Below, piece by piece: positions 1 to 10,357 of a DNA stretch of 64,000 bases (positions within the stretch are counted from its first letter, which is position 1; every line of letters starts with the position of its first letter). The DNA comes from Saccharofermentans sp. GTDB taxonomy: Bacteria; Bacillota; Clostridia; Saccharofermentanales; Saccharofermentanaceae. The translations under genes were made by a program, and so were the position numbers. Below the pieces are notes generated by a model. That model worked only from the letters and a program-made list of their open reading frames with translations, made no database searches and was not told the DNA's origin. The stretch covers positions 435 to 64,434 of the forward strand of contig JAEFBA010000004.1 of the NCBI GenBank assembly GCA_016292145.1, in the 5' to 3' direction.

Positions 1-93
1 GTCTGGGCTTGGACTTTTTAGCGGTCCGCCCTGCTTCATTTACAGGAAGATCCAGATCCTCAGGAACAGCTGTTTTATCATTCCTCATATCTG

Positions 94-1452
94 TCAGTTA
101 CGCATTGAATGTATGGGAGCAGGGATCCTTCCGCCTCTGTTGATGAAGTCGGCACAGGAAGCTCTGTTTACATCCATGATCGGTGCCGTACCAAGAAGAC
201 CGCCGAACTCAACGCTGTCACCTACGGTCTTGCCGGGTACAGGAATGAGTCTTACAGCTGTTGTCTTGTTATTGAATGTACCTAATGCCATCTCATCAGC
301 AATGATGCCTGAGATCGTCTCTGCAGTCGTATCACCCGGGATGGCGATCATATCTAGACCTACGGAACATACGCAGGTCATGGCTTCGAGCTTTTCGAGC
401 TTTAGAGAACCAGATCTTGCAGCAGCGATCATTCCTTCATCTTCAGATACAGGGATGAATGCGCCGGATAGGCCGCCGACATAAGAAGATGCCATGATTC
501 CGCCCTTTTTAACAGCATCATTGAGCATGGCGAGGGCAGCAGTCGTGCCCCACGTACCGCATGTCTCAAGGCCGAACTCCTCAAGAAGTCTTGCAACGGA
601 GTCACCTACGGCAGGGGTCGGAGCAAGTGACAGATCGATAATTCCGAACGGGACCTTAAGTCTCTCGGATGCTTCCCTTGCAACGAGCTCACCGACTCTT
701 GTTATCTTAAATGCGGCTTTCTTAATAGTCTCAGCAACAACACCAAGGTCTCTGCCCTTAACGCCTTCTAATGCGTGCTTTACGACACCGGGGCCGGAAA
801 TACCGACATTGATAACGCATTCAGGCTCACCGGGGCCTAAGAAAGCACCCGCCATAAACGGGTTATCTTCAGGTGCATTGGCGAATACTACGAGCTTTGC
901 GCATCCTAAAGCGCCCTTATCCTTGGTAGCTTCAGCAGTCTTCTTAATGATGATGCCCATATCTCTTACAGCATCCATGTTGATGCCGGTCCTTGTGGAA
1001 GCCAGGTTGATGCTCGAGCATACATATTCAGTTGAAGCTAAAGCATCAGGAATGGAATTTATAAGGACTTTGTCGGAATTCGTATAACCCTTCTGTACGA
1101 GCGCGGAAAAACCGCCGATGAAGTTAACACCGCATGTCCTTGCAGCCTTGTCCAGGACCTTTGCAAAAGGAGTGTAATCAGAAGCGCCGCATGCAGCAGC
1201 TACGATAGAGATCGGAGTAACGGATATTCTCTTGTGGATGATCGGAATACCGTATTTCTTGCTGATGAGTTCACCTGTCTCAACGAGCTTTCCTGCGTAT
1301 CTGCAGATCTTGTCATAGATCCTGTTGCAGGATTCTTCAACTGTAGGAGCAGCGCAGTCCATAAGAGAGATACCCATGGTTATGGTACGGATATCCAGAT
1401 GCTGACTGTTGAACATCTGCATCGTCTCGATTATTTCATGTTCATTAATCAT
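94..1452 (-). CDS. PFL-like protein, UPF0210/DUF711 family
   Basis: 452 aa; [47 protein letters not shown] and C-terminal [10 protein letters not shown] motifs typical of UPF0210; next to a small ACT protein as is usual for this family. Confidence 0.9.
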   Translation of the reverse strand: MINEHEIIETMQMFNSQHLDIRTITMGISLMDCAAPTVEESCNRIYDKICRYAGKLVETGELISKKYGIPIIHKRISVTPISIVAAACGASDYTPFAKVLDKAARTCGVNFIGGFSALVQKGYTNSDKVLINSIPDALASTEYVCSSINLASTRTGINMDAVRDMGIIIKKTAEATKDKGALGCAKLVVFANAPEDNPFMAGAFLGPGEPECVINVGISGPGVVKHALEGVKGRDLGVVAETIKKAAFKITRVGELVAREASERLKVPFGIIDLSLAPTPAVGDSVARLLEEFGLETCGTWGTTAALAMLNDAVKKGGIMASSYVGGLSGAFIPVSEDEGMIAAARSGSLKLEKLEAMTCVCSVGLDMIAIPGDTTAETISGIIADEMALGTFNNKTTAVRLIPVPGKTVGDSVEFGGLLGTAPIMDVNRASCADFINRGGRIPAPIHSMRN

Positions 1453-1476
1453 AAGAGCCTCGCTAAATATAGTAGA

Positions 1477-1761
1477 TCAGATGGTGTGCATAGCATTGAA
1501 AAGTCCGGTGTGCTGGATCGTGATCTGTACGCCGAGCTTCTGACCTAATTCTGAGAGTTTATCCGAAATGTCTGATTCTTCGATAACAAGGTCCTTAAGG
1601 TCAACCATCATGACCATTGTGAAGATATCGTCAAGGATCGTCTGCGAGATGTCCTTGATATTGATACCGTAATCTGCAAGAAGCCTTGAAACATCAGCAA
1701 TGATACCGACTCTGTCCTTACCCAAAACTGTTACTACGGCTGTGTTCTTCTCACTGTTCAT
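1477..1761 (-). CDS. ACT-domain protein (UPF0237)
   Basis: 94 aa; VVTVLGKDRVGII...NIKDISQTI...FTMVMMVD...FNAMH; GGAGG RBS upstream. Confidence 0.9.
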   Translation of the reverse strand: MNSEKNTAVVTVLGKDRVGIIADVSRLLADYGINIKDISQTILDDIFTMVMMVDLKDLVIEESDISDKLSELGQKLGVQITIQHTGLFNAMHTI

Positions 1762-1831
1762 AATAATTCCTCCAAAAGCTTTCTTTATCTATCGTTATAA
1801 TAACTCGAAAAAACCTAAATTAAAGCGCAAA

Positions 1832-3466
1832 TCATTTATCGAGCAAAGAAACGGCAAGTTTATTGGCGCATTTTATACCGTCTATTGCCGAAGACATAAT
1901 GCCTCCTGCATAACCTGCACCTTCCCCGCACGGAAAAATGCCCTTGACCGCTGTACTCTGGAGCGTCTCGGGATCTCTTACGATCCTTACGGGAGATGAG
2001 CTCCTGGCTTCTACAGCCGTAAGCACGCTGTCAGGATCATCAAAGCCTTTTATCCTCCTGCCCATGATCCCTACACCGTCCTTGATCGTCTCAAGGATAG
2101 CTTCAGGAAACACTTCCGACAGATCTGAACAGGCAACTCCCGGCATAAATGACGGCTTTACCTTGCCAAATCCGGTTGTCTTCTGATCCTTCATAAGGTC
2201 ACCATATCGTACAGACGGTGCTCTTCCGGTGCTGCCGCCTGCAACAAATGCCTTATGCTCAAGCTCTTCCTGGAACTTTATTCCATCAAGGACTCCGTCG
2301 CCGTAATCTTTAGAATCAACGGGCACAAGGATCGCACTGTTTGAATTGGTATTATCTCTTGCTCGAAGGCTCATACCGTTCGTGCATACGCTCTTATCAT
2401 CAGACTGAGCCGCTACGACCTCGCCTCCCGGACACATACAGAAAGTATAAAGCTTTCTTCCGGTCTTCGTATCACAGGACAGCTTATAGATCGCAGGAGT
2501 AATATCAGATGAATGATCAGAATCAAAACCGTATTGGGCTATATCGATATCCTTCTTAAGATGCTCGATCCTCACGCCGACGGAGAAAGGTTTTGACTGC
2601 ATATCAAGACCTAATCTGTTCATTGCTCTGAATGTATCCCTGCTTGAATGTCCGATAGCAAGGATAAGACGGTCTGTTGCTATCTCATGAGTTCCTTCTG
2701 AATCAGCGACGGTAATACTGTTAAGAGATCCTTTCTCAGCTCTGTATCCAAGGAAAGTAGTATTAAATCTTACTTCGCCGCCAAGCGCTATGATATCATC
2801 CCTGACGCCTGTTACCACTTTCCTTAATCTGTCAGTACCGATGTGAGGATGTGCGTCATATAAGATATCTGAAGGCGCTCCGTGAGCGATCATGGATCTT
2901 AAGACATAGTCTTTGAGCCCCGAACTTATGCCTGAATAGAGTTTACCGTCTGAAAAAGTACCGGCTCCACCCTCTCCGAACTGAATGTTTGAATTCGGAT
3001 TAATGGATGCCTTGCCCTGCTTATAATTCTCAGTATCGGCGATCCTCTGCTCCATTTGAGGTCCTCTCTCGAGAACGATCGGTCTTAAACCATACTTTGC
3101 AAGGATAAGTGCTGCATAAAGTCCCGCAGGTCCGGTACCGACGACAACAGGTCTTCTGAATTCCTTGCTCCCGTCAAAATCAGCCAGATAAGGCATAGCG
3201 TTAGCTGCTGATTCCTTATCGGCGGCAGCCCTTTCTTCAGGATCAATGAAATCAAAACGGTAGTTAATTACTACCTTCCCGTGTCTTGCATCGATGAATT
3301 TCTTGGATATATCCAGCACGCAATTGCCTTCTTCTAATTCCTCAAGGCCTTTGCGCATGGCTTTGTTTCCTGATCTCTTTATTTGTCCGACGATGAGAAC
3401 CGAATCAGGTGTTTTTTTGAGTGCTTTTTCTTCTTTTACTCCCGGAGTTACTCTTATCTCAAACAT
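1832..3466 (-). CDS. FAD/NAD(P)-dependent oxidoreductase (uncharacterised FAD-dependent dehydrogenase family)
   Basis: GTGPAG Rossmann motif, FGEGGAGTFSDGKL, PHIGTD, FCMCPGG, GEGAGYAGGIMSSAIDG; start moved to ATG 3466 (MFEIRV), which overlaps the upstream stop. Confidence 0.85.
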   Translation of the reverse strand: MFEIRVTPGVKEEKALKKTPDSVLIVGQIKRSGNKAMRKGLEELEEGNCVLDISKKFIDARHGKVVINYRFDFIDPEERAAADKESAANAMPYLADFDGSKEFRRPVVVGTGPAGLYAALILAKYGLRPIVLERGPQMEQRIADTENYKQGKASINPNSNIQFGEGGAGTFSDGKLYSGISSGLKDYVLRSMIAHGAPSDILYDAHPHIGTDRLRKVVTGVRDDIIALGGEVRFNTTFLGYRAEKGSLNSITVADSEGTHEIATDRLILAIGHSSRDTFRAMNRLGLDMQSKPFSVGVRIEHLKKDIDIAQYGFDSDHSSDITPAIYKLSCDTKTGRKLYTFCMCPGGEVVAAQSDDKSVCTNGMSLRARDNTNSNSAILVPVDSKDYGDGVLDGIKFQEELEHKAFVAGGSTGRAPSVRYGDLMKDQKTTGFGKVKPSFMPGVACSDLSEVFPEAILETIKDGVGIMGRRIKGFDDPDSVLTAVEARSSSPVRIVRDPETLQSTAVKGIFPCGEGAGYAGGIMSSAIDGIKCANKLAVSLLDK

Positions 3467-4724
3467 TCTGAGATATTCCTTCCGCTGCAAGAGCTGCAGA
3501 GGTCCATGCCCACTGCAGATTATAGCCGCCGCAGATACCGTTGACGTTGACGGCTTCTCCGATTATATAAAGACCGTTGCAATACTTGACCTGCATGCTG
3601 TCGTCAAGCTTGGAGAGCTTAAATCCGCCTGAAGATACCTGGGCCTTGTCTTCCCCGCCGTAGCCTGTGATCGGCACAGGGAAAGCACAAAGAAGGTTCG
3701 TCAGCTCAACGAGCCTGGAATCGTCCAAATCCCGTAAAGTCATCTTATCAGCCTTAAGGCCCATCTTCTTCATGACAAAATCGGTCACATTCCTTAAGAG
3801 CATGCCTGAAAGCGCGTCAGCACAGTTCCTGTGAGGATACATCTGCCTTCTGATATAGATCATCTGTAAGATCTCACCGCCTGTCTTGCCTGTGAGATTT
3901 AAGACAGCCTTTATATTTTCGTCGCCATCCTCGAAAAGTCTGACGACCGCATCAGAAACATCCATTACGCAGATACCGGATATGCCGCCTTCTTTGGTAA
4001 ACAAGATCTCGCCTGAGGATCTGGCTTTGATATTGCCGTCACCGCCGATGATCTTAACGTCTCCTCTGCACTTGATACCGGCCATGCCCTTGATGCCTGG
4101 CATATTTGCTGTAAGAGATGTAAGAGCCGGCCTGAAAGGAACAAAGCATGTCTTATCTGTAAGGCCCTCAACGAGCTTTAAGACATCACCGGTAGAACCT
4201 GTGGAAGGATAAGTGATACCGCCGGTAGCAATAACAAGATTCCTGGTAATGTATGTCTTTTCGCTGTCTGTCGTGAGCTCAAATATGTTGTCGATCTTTT
4301 TGATCGATGCAACGCGCTCTTTCAATACTGTCTCAACAAAATTGTCAGCAAGATAGAATCTTAAAGCATCAACAACCGTAGAGCTCTTGTATGTTGCCGG
4401 ATAAACGAGCGCGCCCTTCTGCTCTAAGACAACGCCTAATACATTCTCATAGAAATAACTGGTGTCAGGCTCGCCGTATCTGTTAAAGCACGAAGCAAGC
4501 CTTGTGGCATCATCAGTATTATATTTTGCAAGATCGATCTCAGTGTTCGTAAGATTGCATCTGCCGCTTCCTGTCAGGGCAAGCTTATTACCTACTCTGC
4601 TTCCCCCTTCGATAATAAGGATCTTCTTACCGGAATAAAAGGCTGTTTTCGCGAGCTGGGCAGCACAATAAAGACCTGCCGCGCCGCCTCCTACAATGAT
4701 GCAATCGTAAACTGTACTCTTCAT
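3459..4724 (-). CDS. HI0933/YhiN (BaiN-like) flavoprotein
   Basis: IIVGGGAAG, KLALTGSGRCNLTN, ATGGITYPSTGSTG, GICGGYNLQWAWTS. Confidence 0.9.
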   Translation of the reverse strand: MKSTVYDCIIVGGGAAGLYCAAQLAKTAFYSGKKILIIEGGSRVGNKLALTGSGRCNLTNTEIDLAKYNTDDATRLASCFNRYGEPDTSYFYENVLGVVLEQKGALVYPATYKSSTVVDALRFYLADNFVETVLKERVASIKKIDNIFELTTDSEKTYITRNLVIATGGITYPSTGSTGDVLKLVEGLTDKTCFVPFRPALTSLTANMPGIKGMAGIKCRGDVKIIGGDGNIKARSSGEILFTKEGGISGICVMDVSDAVVRLFEDGDENIKAVLNLTGKTGGEILQMIYIRRQMYPHRNCADALSGMLLRNVTDFVMKKMGLKADKMTLRDLDDSRLVELTNLLCAFPVPITGYGGEDKAQVSSGGFKLSKLDDSMQVKYCNGLYIIGEAVNVNGICGGYNLQWAWTSAALAAEGISQNV

Positions 4725-4730
4725 AAGCTA

Positions 4731-5381
4731 TTATCCCCTTTTCGCCAATTCGAGAGTTCTTTGGAATTTACTTTTATCCAGAGGCAAGCAATCAAAGCTA
4801 TCCATCGCGCGTTCTGCAATGCACATAAGATCATCTACGCTGCCGCTGATCAGTTCGAGCTCAAGTTCGCAGATATCTTCAGATATACTCTTATCGGAGT
4901 TATAGATAACACCGCTGTCAAAGCATGCTTCAATAAGACTGTCATTAACCTTAAGCTTGCAGATGGTCCTCTGGAATGAATTGAAGCAAAGAGGTTTAAG
5001 GTCTGAAGATCCGATGCCTTCGAAAACTTCGTCAAGCAGTTCTATAGGATCGCCGTCTGAAGGTGCGTCCTTCTTGAACTCTTCAATTGAGAAGTCGCCA
5101 TTAAGCCTGACATTCCATTCATAACGCTTGTGAAGACCGGAAGATGCACCGCCGCCGTACTTGACCGTTCCTTCGATATAAGTCTCGTCACATTTAACGA
5201 TCCTTTTCCTGACAGAACCGTTGCGGTTTAAGATCTTCATGTCAGTTGTATCGAGGTAATAGTTCTCGAGCGTCATGGTCTTGGGACCGGAACTGACTGT
5301 AATCCCCTTGAAAAGCTCAGATGTCGCGGCTTCCATGAGGCGTTCAGTGTTCTTAAAATTCAGCTTTACTTCTGTTTCCAT
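4731..5381 (-). CDS. CYTH-domain (triphosphate tunnel metalloenzyme) protein
   Basis: N-terminal ETEVKL (ExExK), YYLDT, ELELEL and SKFQR motifs; no CHAD domain. Confidence 0.85.
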   Translation of the reverse strand: METEVKLNFKNTERLMEAATSELFKGITVSSGPKTMTLENYYLDTTDMKILNRNGSVRKRIVKCDETYIEGTVKYGGGASSGLHKRYEWNVRLNGDFSIEEFKKDAPSDGDPIELLDEVFEGIGSSDLKPLCFNSFQRTICKLKVNDSLIEACFDSGVIYNSDKSISEDICELELELISGSVDDLMCIAERAMDSFDCLPLDKSKFQRTLELAKRG

Positions 5382-5390
5382 AAGAACACC

Positions 5391-6602
5391 TTAATTGATC
5401 GTATGAACTCCGCTTGTTGATACGACGCAGAGCTTGTTGCCTGATATAAAGTTCATTCTGATGATATCTTCATCGACGGAATAGTCATTTGTGATGACAC
5501 CTGAAGAAGTGAATATAAATACTCTTCTGTCAACGCTTATAGCGTAAGTGGACTTATTCTGTGCAACGCAGACGATATTGGTTCCGATATTTGAATTATA
5601 AAGGAGCGAATCTCTTGGACCAATTACGGCAAGCTTGTTCAACTGGCTGATACCGTCAGAGTATGTAATGAACAGATTTCCGTTAACATTCTTAACATAG
5701 CTTATTGCAGAGAAATCCATGTTCAGCCTTGCCAGGTTGTTATCCTGAACCACATACAGCGAATTGGATGTAAAGCAGCAGAGCTTGCTTCCGACATAGC
5801 AAAGAGAAGCAAAGATTACGCTGTCATCAGTCGTATAGACGGCATTGTCAAACACTTCAAAACCCTTATCATTTCTGACGATCGAGAAGACTCTGATATA
5901 TGGAACTATAACGGCACCGCTGGTATTGATCGTAGATACCGCAAGAAGAGACGAATCCTCGTTAAATGCGCAGCAGATCGGAAAACCGGAGTTGTAAGAC
6001 GTCCACACTGCAAGCTGGTTGCCTGTCCTGTCAAAGAGTGTGACATCTCCATAGGAATCCTCACCGCCGGTAATAACAGCGATAAAACCTGCATCGGACA
6101 TCTGTACCGATTTGATCGGATTTGACATGGGCTTGGTGTACCAGACACCATCCTTATCAAGTATGGTAAAGCCGTAACCGTCACGGTCAAATACGGCAAC
6201 ATTATCGCCGAAGACAACACACTGAGGGTTCTTGTAAGATATCATCTGAGAGAATATCTCATTACCTGTAAGGTTAAGATAAGCGATACGTTCAGATGTG
6301 ACCTTTATACAGCCGTCGCCATAAGGATAGAGCTTCTGTGCTTCGGAATATTCACAAGAGAAACCGCCCTGTGCCGAGAGCTTGATCTGGGCATCAGCAC
6401 CTGCAAGCGACTCGATCTTCTTTGATACTACAAAGATCAAGGCTATGCTGATTATAAGCACGAGCGAGAAGATCATTACGGCAATCGTAAGGGCCTTTCT
6501 TATCGCAGCCTGAGATACGCTTTCGTTATTCTTCTTGCCGGAAGGCTTATTTGTTGTTTTTGCTTTTATCTTATTCTTATTTTCCATTTCCCTGTTCATC
6601 AC
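5391..6602 (-). CDS. Membrane-anchored beta-rich protein, DUF5711-like
   Basis: Lys-rich N-terminus, one TM helix, then repeated short beta-strand segments suggesting a propeller. Confidence 0.6.
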   Translation of the reverse strand: MMNREMENKNKIKAKTTNKPSGKKNNESVSQAAIRKALTIAVMIFSLVLIISIALIFVVSKKIESLAGADAQIKLSAQGGFSCEYSEAQKLYPYGDGCIKVTSERIAYLNLTGNEIFSQMISYKNPQCVVFGDNVAVFDRDGYGFTILDKDGVWYTKPMSNPIKSVQMSDAGFIAVITGGEDSYGDVTLFDRTGNQLAVWTSYNSGFPICCAFNEDSSLLAVSTINTSGAVIVPYIRVFSIVRNDKGFEVFDNAVYTTDDSVIFASLCYVGSKLCCFTSNSLYVVQDNNLARLNMDFSAISYVKNVNGNLFITYSDGISQLNKLAVIGPRDSLLYNSNIGTNIVCVAQNKSTYAISVDRRVFIFTSSGVITNDYSVDEDIIRMNFISGNKLCVVSTSGVHTIN

Positions 6603-6603
6603 T

Positions 6604-8079
6604 TTACAGATCGTAAATTCCGTTCATGTTATCAGTAATAGCCTGATTCAGGAGTTCATAGGCCCTCCAGTAACCATAGCTGTATGTATCAGTACCGCCG
6701 TCATTGAATATCTCCGTTGCAAATACGTAGAAGTTCATGTATTCGCCGTTCTTGAAGACATAATAAGAATCCGTACCCTTCGGATAGAATTCATAGACTG
6801 TCGTTACATAATTCTTATCGATAAAGGTCAGAGAAAGCTCTGCAGCCGCAGAAGGCTTTGTCTTCTCGGCAATCTCAACACCGCCTATCTTTATGCATGC
6901 AATGCTCTCGAAAAGGATCGAGCAGTAAGATCTTCCGAATGAGTCATTTATCTTAGCATTACGGCCGTCAAGACTGACGCTTGCATTGTCAGAGGTGATG
7001 CTCTGCCCTTCAGGAACATCAAGGTCAAGCTTAAAGCTCTTATCCTGATAAGTTCCCGTTATAGTTGTGTAATCCTTGACATAGCAATAGCAGATATAAG
7101 GATCTATAAGAACTGTCTCTGCATTATCTATACCTGTAAGTGTAAACTCTGAGAGCCTGAAATACTTACCGGAATTTCCGGTAAATCCGTAATAATACCC
7201 GTTTTGAGGCTTACTGAAGAAGAATTCTGTCTTCGATCCGTCTGCCATATTGAAAACGAAATGATAAGCGGGAGTATCAAGCCCGTATTCGGATAAATTG
7301 GAAAAATCAACTTCGACAAAGTCATCAACGACAAGCTTTGAGAGTGTATCAAACAATGTTCCGAAATATCCGCTGGTACCATGCTTATAGGGAGAATACA
7401 GCTCAAACGATGCAATGCCGTTCTTACCGACTGATACATTCGCATCAAGTGAAAGACCGTCCGTCCTGCGGTCGAAATGCACTGTTCTGACTTCGTTATA
7501 ATCGATATCAAAGGTCATTGCCTCAAGGAAATCGATTCCTTTGCTTCCGGCATAAGACAGCTTCAAAATATCGACTGTATACACATCATTCGAACCTTCA
7601 ATATACATGTAGCAGCTCTGTTCGTCAGGAGTACTGTCGCCTAAGAAAAGATTTGTAGTGCCTTCGTTACTTACGATCGTTACATTGAACCTTGGTGCAT
7701 CAAGACCATATTCGGCAAGATTATCAACTGCTTTGATCATATGCTCGCTGTAGAATGTCGATAAGCCGGATACAACAGACAACATCTTTGTCTGTGAATA
7801 TCTCTCGGATCCGCTAAAATCATCACCTTTGAACTCACAGATGACGCTGCCGGACTGATCTTTAGAACAGTTGATAACAGATGTATAGCCGGAATCATTA
7901 TTCTTCACCGTAAGAGTGCTGATATCACTTGGCGATATGCTCAATGCCGTGAAAAATTCATCTTTGCCCGCAACTGCCTTTTTCCTGGAAATCCCGTCAG
8001 CAATGAAATACACCGCTGCGAATATACACAGTGCGATAAAGATGACAAACGGAACTATAAGGTTCTTTACTGACTTCAT
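6604..8079 (-). CDS. DUF4340-domain membrane-anchored protein
   Basis: N-terminal TM; two L(A/S)EYGLD.P repeats and LFLGDSTP typical of DUF4340; follows GldG-like gene. Confidence 0.75.
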   Translation of the reverse strand: MKSVKNLIVPFVIFIALCIFAAVYFIADGISRKKAVAGKDEFFTALSISPSDISTLTVKNNDSGYTSVINCSKDQSGSVICEFKGDDFSGSERYSQTKMLSVVSGLSTFYSEHMIKAVDNLAEYGLDAPRFNVTIVSNEGTTNLFLGDSTPDEQSCYMYIEGSNDVYTVDILKLSYAGSKGIDFLEAMTFDIDYNEVRTVHFDRRTDGLSLDANVSVGKNGIASFELYSPYKHGTSGYFGTLFDTLSKLVVDDFVEVDFSNLSEYGLDTPAYHFVFNMADGSKTEFFFSKPQNGYYYGFTGNSGKYFRLSEFTLTGIDNAETVLIDPYICYCYVKDYTTITGTYQDKSFKLDLDVPEGQSITSDNASVSLDGRNAKINDSFGRSYCSILFESIACIKIGGVEIAEKTKPSAAAELSLTFIDKNYVTTVYEFYPKGTDSYYVFKNGEYMNFYVFATEIFNDGGTDTYSYGYWRAYELLNQAITDNMNGIYDL

Positions 8080-8080
8080 A

Positions 8081-9580
8081 TCAGAGGTTCTTCCTCTTTG
8101 TATAGACTATTATGCCTGCTGCAACAAGAATGACAGGAATGGCGATCATGAAGATTACAAGAATGGCTGTTGCAGCTGAAGCTGTAGCTTTCTCGGGAGT
8201 AAGCGAGAAATTGTCTACATTCTTGGTTGCGATATCCAAAACAGTTACCATCTTCGTACTTGTAAGTTCTCTTATGCAGGACTTAATAAATGTGACGTTG
8301 GAATCGTTAAGTCCGTAAGAAGTAATGTATTCGTCAGATGTAAAGTTCGTTGTGCCGAATACGAATGCCTTGGCAGGATCTTCGCCTTCACCTGCTGCAA
8401 ACATGCAGACATTAAACTGCTTTTCAGATACATAAGTGCCTGCGATCTCGTTACCGTTCTTGTCAACACCGACGGTTGCAGCGTTTTCGCTGGTAACAAG
8501 GACAGGATATACGGAGATGGAAGGCGCCGGTGTATCGACTTCCCTAACCGATCTTGCAAATGTGCTGTGCAGAGCGCCTGTCTGAACATAATCAACGAAG
8601 GCTCCGACAGTGTTTACTGACGTGTCGGTAGTATATCCGCCCAACTGATGCCAGGGATCATTTTCAGTGATCAAAGCAGGATCGATATTGATGTTCATCT
8701 CATTTAACAGCTTGTTAAGTCTGAAGAACTCTTCACCTGTATTGTTGATATTGTAATTGACGGATACAAGAAGTTTGCCGTTATTCTTCATATATTGTGT
8801 CATTGCAACGAGCATCTTCTCAGAAATATCGCTGTCAGGACCATTAAGGATCAGGAGATCACAGTCCTCGGGAATTACAAAGTTCTCTGCTACGGCAAGT
8901 TCATTATATTCAATTGCCATACCCTCAAGAATGTTCTTAAGAGAGGTATTCGGGTCATCATTAAGACCTGTGATGACATAAGCCTTGCAGGAATAACCCT
9001 GTGTGAGGATAAACATAGAGTTCGTGAATGTATATTCGGTATTATTGCCGACGACGTAATAGTAACCCTGTGAAAGATAATCGTTATCGTACGAATAGCA
9101 GTCATAGGGTGATACCAGCTTGATCTTGTCGTTATACTTGATGACAAATGAATCAAGATTGTTAGCAAGATCGTATGAACCGGTAGGATCGAGCTGGGAG
9201 ATGATGTTGGGATGCGTCTTGGCATCAACATATTCAACAGAGATCTTACCCTTGCCCGACCTTACATAATCGTCCAAGAGCGGGATTATATACTGATAAC
9301 GTGTTCCGGATATATTTGAAGGCTTCTCGAAAAGTCCTGTGATCTGGATCTTGGTATCAGAGGGCAATGAATCAAGATAATCAATGGTATCCTGCGATAA
9401 AGTATTAGACAAAGACGCAGAGAAATCGAATGTCAGTGCTTTTCCCAGTATCTTCTCGAAAAGAACATTAACAATGACAAGTATTCCGATCAGGATGACA
9501 ACTGCACCGATCGAATATAATTTGATCTTATCCGAACGGTTATCAGTCTTCTTATTTTCTGTAGAAACTAATTTGCTCAT
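8081..9580 (-). CDS. GldG-like ABC transporter auxiliary component
   Basis: N- and C-terminal TM helices, IPEDCDLLILNGPDSDIS motif of the GldG/ABC_transp_aux family. Confidence 0.75.
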   Translation of the reverse strand: MSKLVSTENKKTDNRSDKIKLYSIGAVVILIGILVIVNVLFEKILGKALTFDFSASLSNTLSQDTIDYLDSLPSDTKIQITGLFEKPSNISGTRYQYIIPLLDDYVRSGKGKISVEYVDAKTHPNIISQLDPTGSYDLANNLDSFVIKYNDKIKLVSPYDCYSYDNDYLSQGYYYVVGNNTEYTFTNSMFILTQGYSCKAYVITGLNDDPNTSLKNILEGMAIEYNELAVAENFVIPEDCDLLILNGPDSDISEKMLVAMTQYMKNNGKLLVSVNYNINNTGEEFFRLNKLLNEMNINIDPALITENDPWHQLGGYTTDTSVNTVGAFVDYVQTGALHSTFARSVREVDTPAPSISVYPVLVTSENAATVGVDKNGNEIAGTYVSEKQFNVCMFAAGEGEDPAKAFVFGTTNFTSDEYITSYGLNDSNVTFIKSCIRELTSTKMVTVLDIATKNVDNFSLTPEKATASAATAILVIFMIAIPVILVAAGIIVYTKRKNL

Positions 9581-9595
9581 GTCAAAACACCTCCG

Positions 9596-10357
9596 TCACG
9601 CCTGGCTCCAGCGTTTCTTATCAAGAACCCTGAACGTCAGATAGAGGAACAGGATGCCGACGGAAACTAGGAATACAAGAGAAGAAACGGAGAATATTCC
9701 GAGACGGAAATCCTGAGTCTTCACAAAAGGATCAAGCCAGTTAATGGCGCTTGAAATAGCACTGCCGACTGTTCCGGCGATTTTGGTGTTGATGCCGGAG
9801 AACATCGAAGTGAAGGCTGATCCGAGATAATCACCGATCGTACCAAGGATCTGTGTAATGAGGATCAATACGAACGATACGATTGCGGAAATGATCTGAT
9901 TATCGGTAATTGCCGATGCGAACAATCCGATGCTGATGAACATGAAAGCCATGAAGAAGAATACAATGATCGTTCCTATGGCGCCTACACCAACAACTCC
10001 GCCGCAGTTAACGGTAACAATAATGTGGATGATCACATTGATAAACATGATCACGTACAAACAGAACGCAGCAAGCACCTTGCCGATAATAACATTAAAG
10101 AGGTTGATCGGAGTCGTATAGTAAAGAACATCCGTACCCCTCTTCTTGTCTTCTGAAAGAAGCCCCATCGTGATAATGGGAACGATTACGAAGAAAAACG
10201 ATCTGAGCGAGATTACTTCGCCTGCGATATCAACAACACCCGTTGCGAACTGGGTATAGAAAACAAATCCTGAAAGGAATGAGAATAAAGCAATCGCAAC
10301 ATATCCGACCGGAGATCTGAAATATGATAAAAACTCTCTCTTAAAAATAGCTGTCAT
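9596..10357 (-). CDS. ABC-2 type permease (GldF-like)
   Basis: MTAIFKREFLSYFRSPVGY, ITMGLLSEDKKRGT, TDNQIISA; about six TM segments. Confidence 0.85.
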   Translation of the reverse strand: MTAIFKREFLSYFRSPVGYVAIALFSFLSGFVFYTQFATGVVDIAGEVISLRSFFFVIVPIITMGLLSEDKKRGTDVLYYTTPINLFNVIIGKVLAAFCLYVIMFINVIIHIIVTVNCGGVVGVGAIGTIIVFFFMAFMFISIGLFASAITDNQIISAIVSFVLILITQILGTIGDYLGSAFTSMFSGINTKIAGTVGSAISSAINWLDPFVKTQDFRLGIFSVSSLVFLVSVGILFLYLTFRVLDKKRWSQA

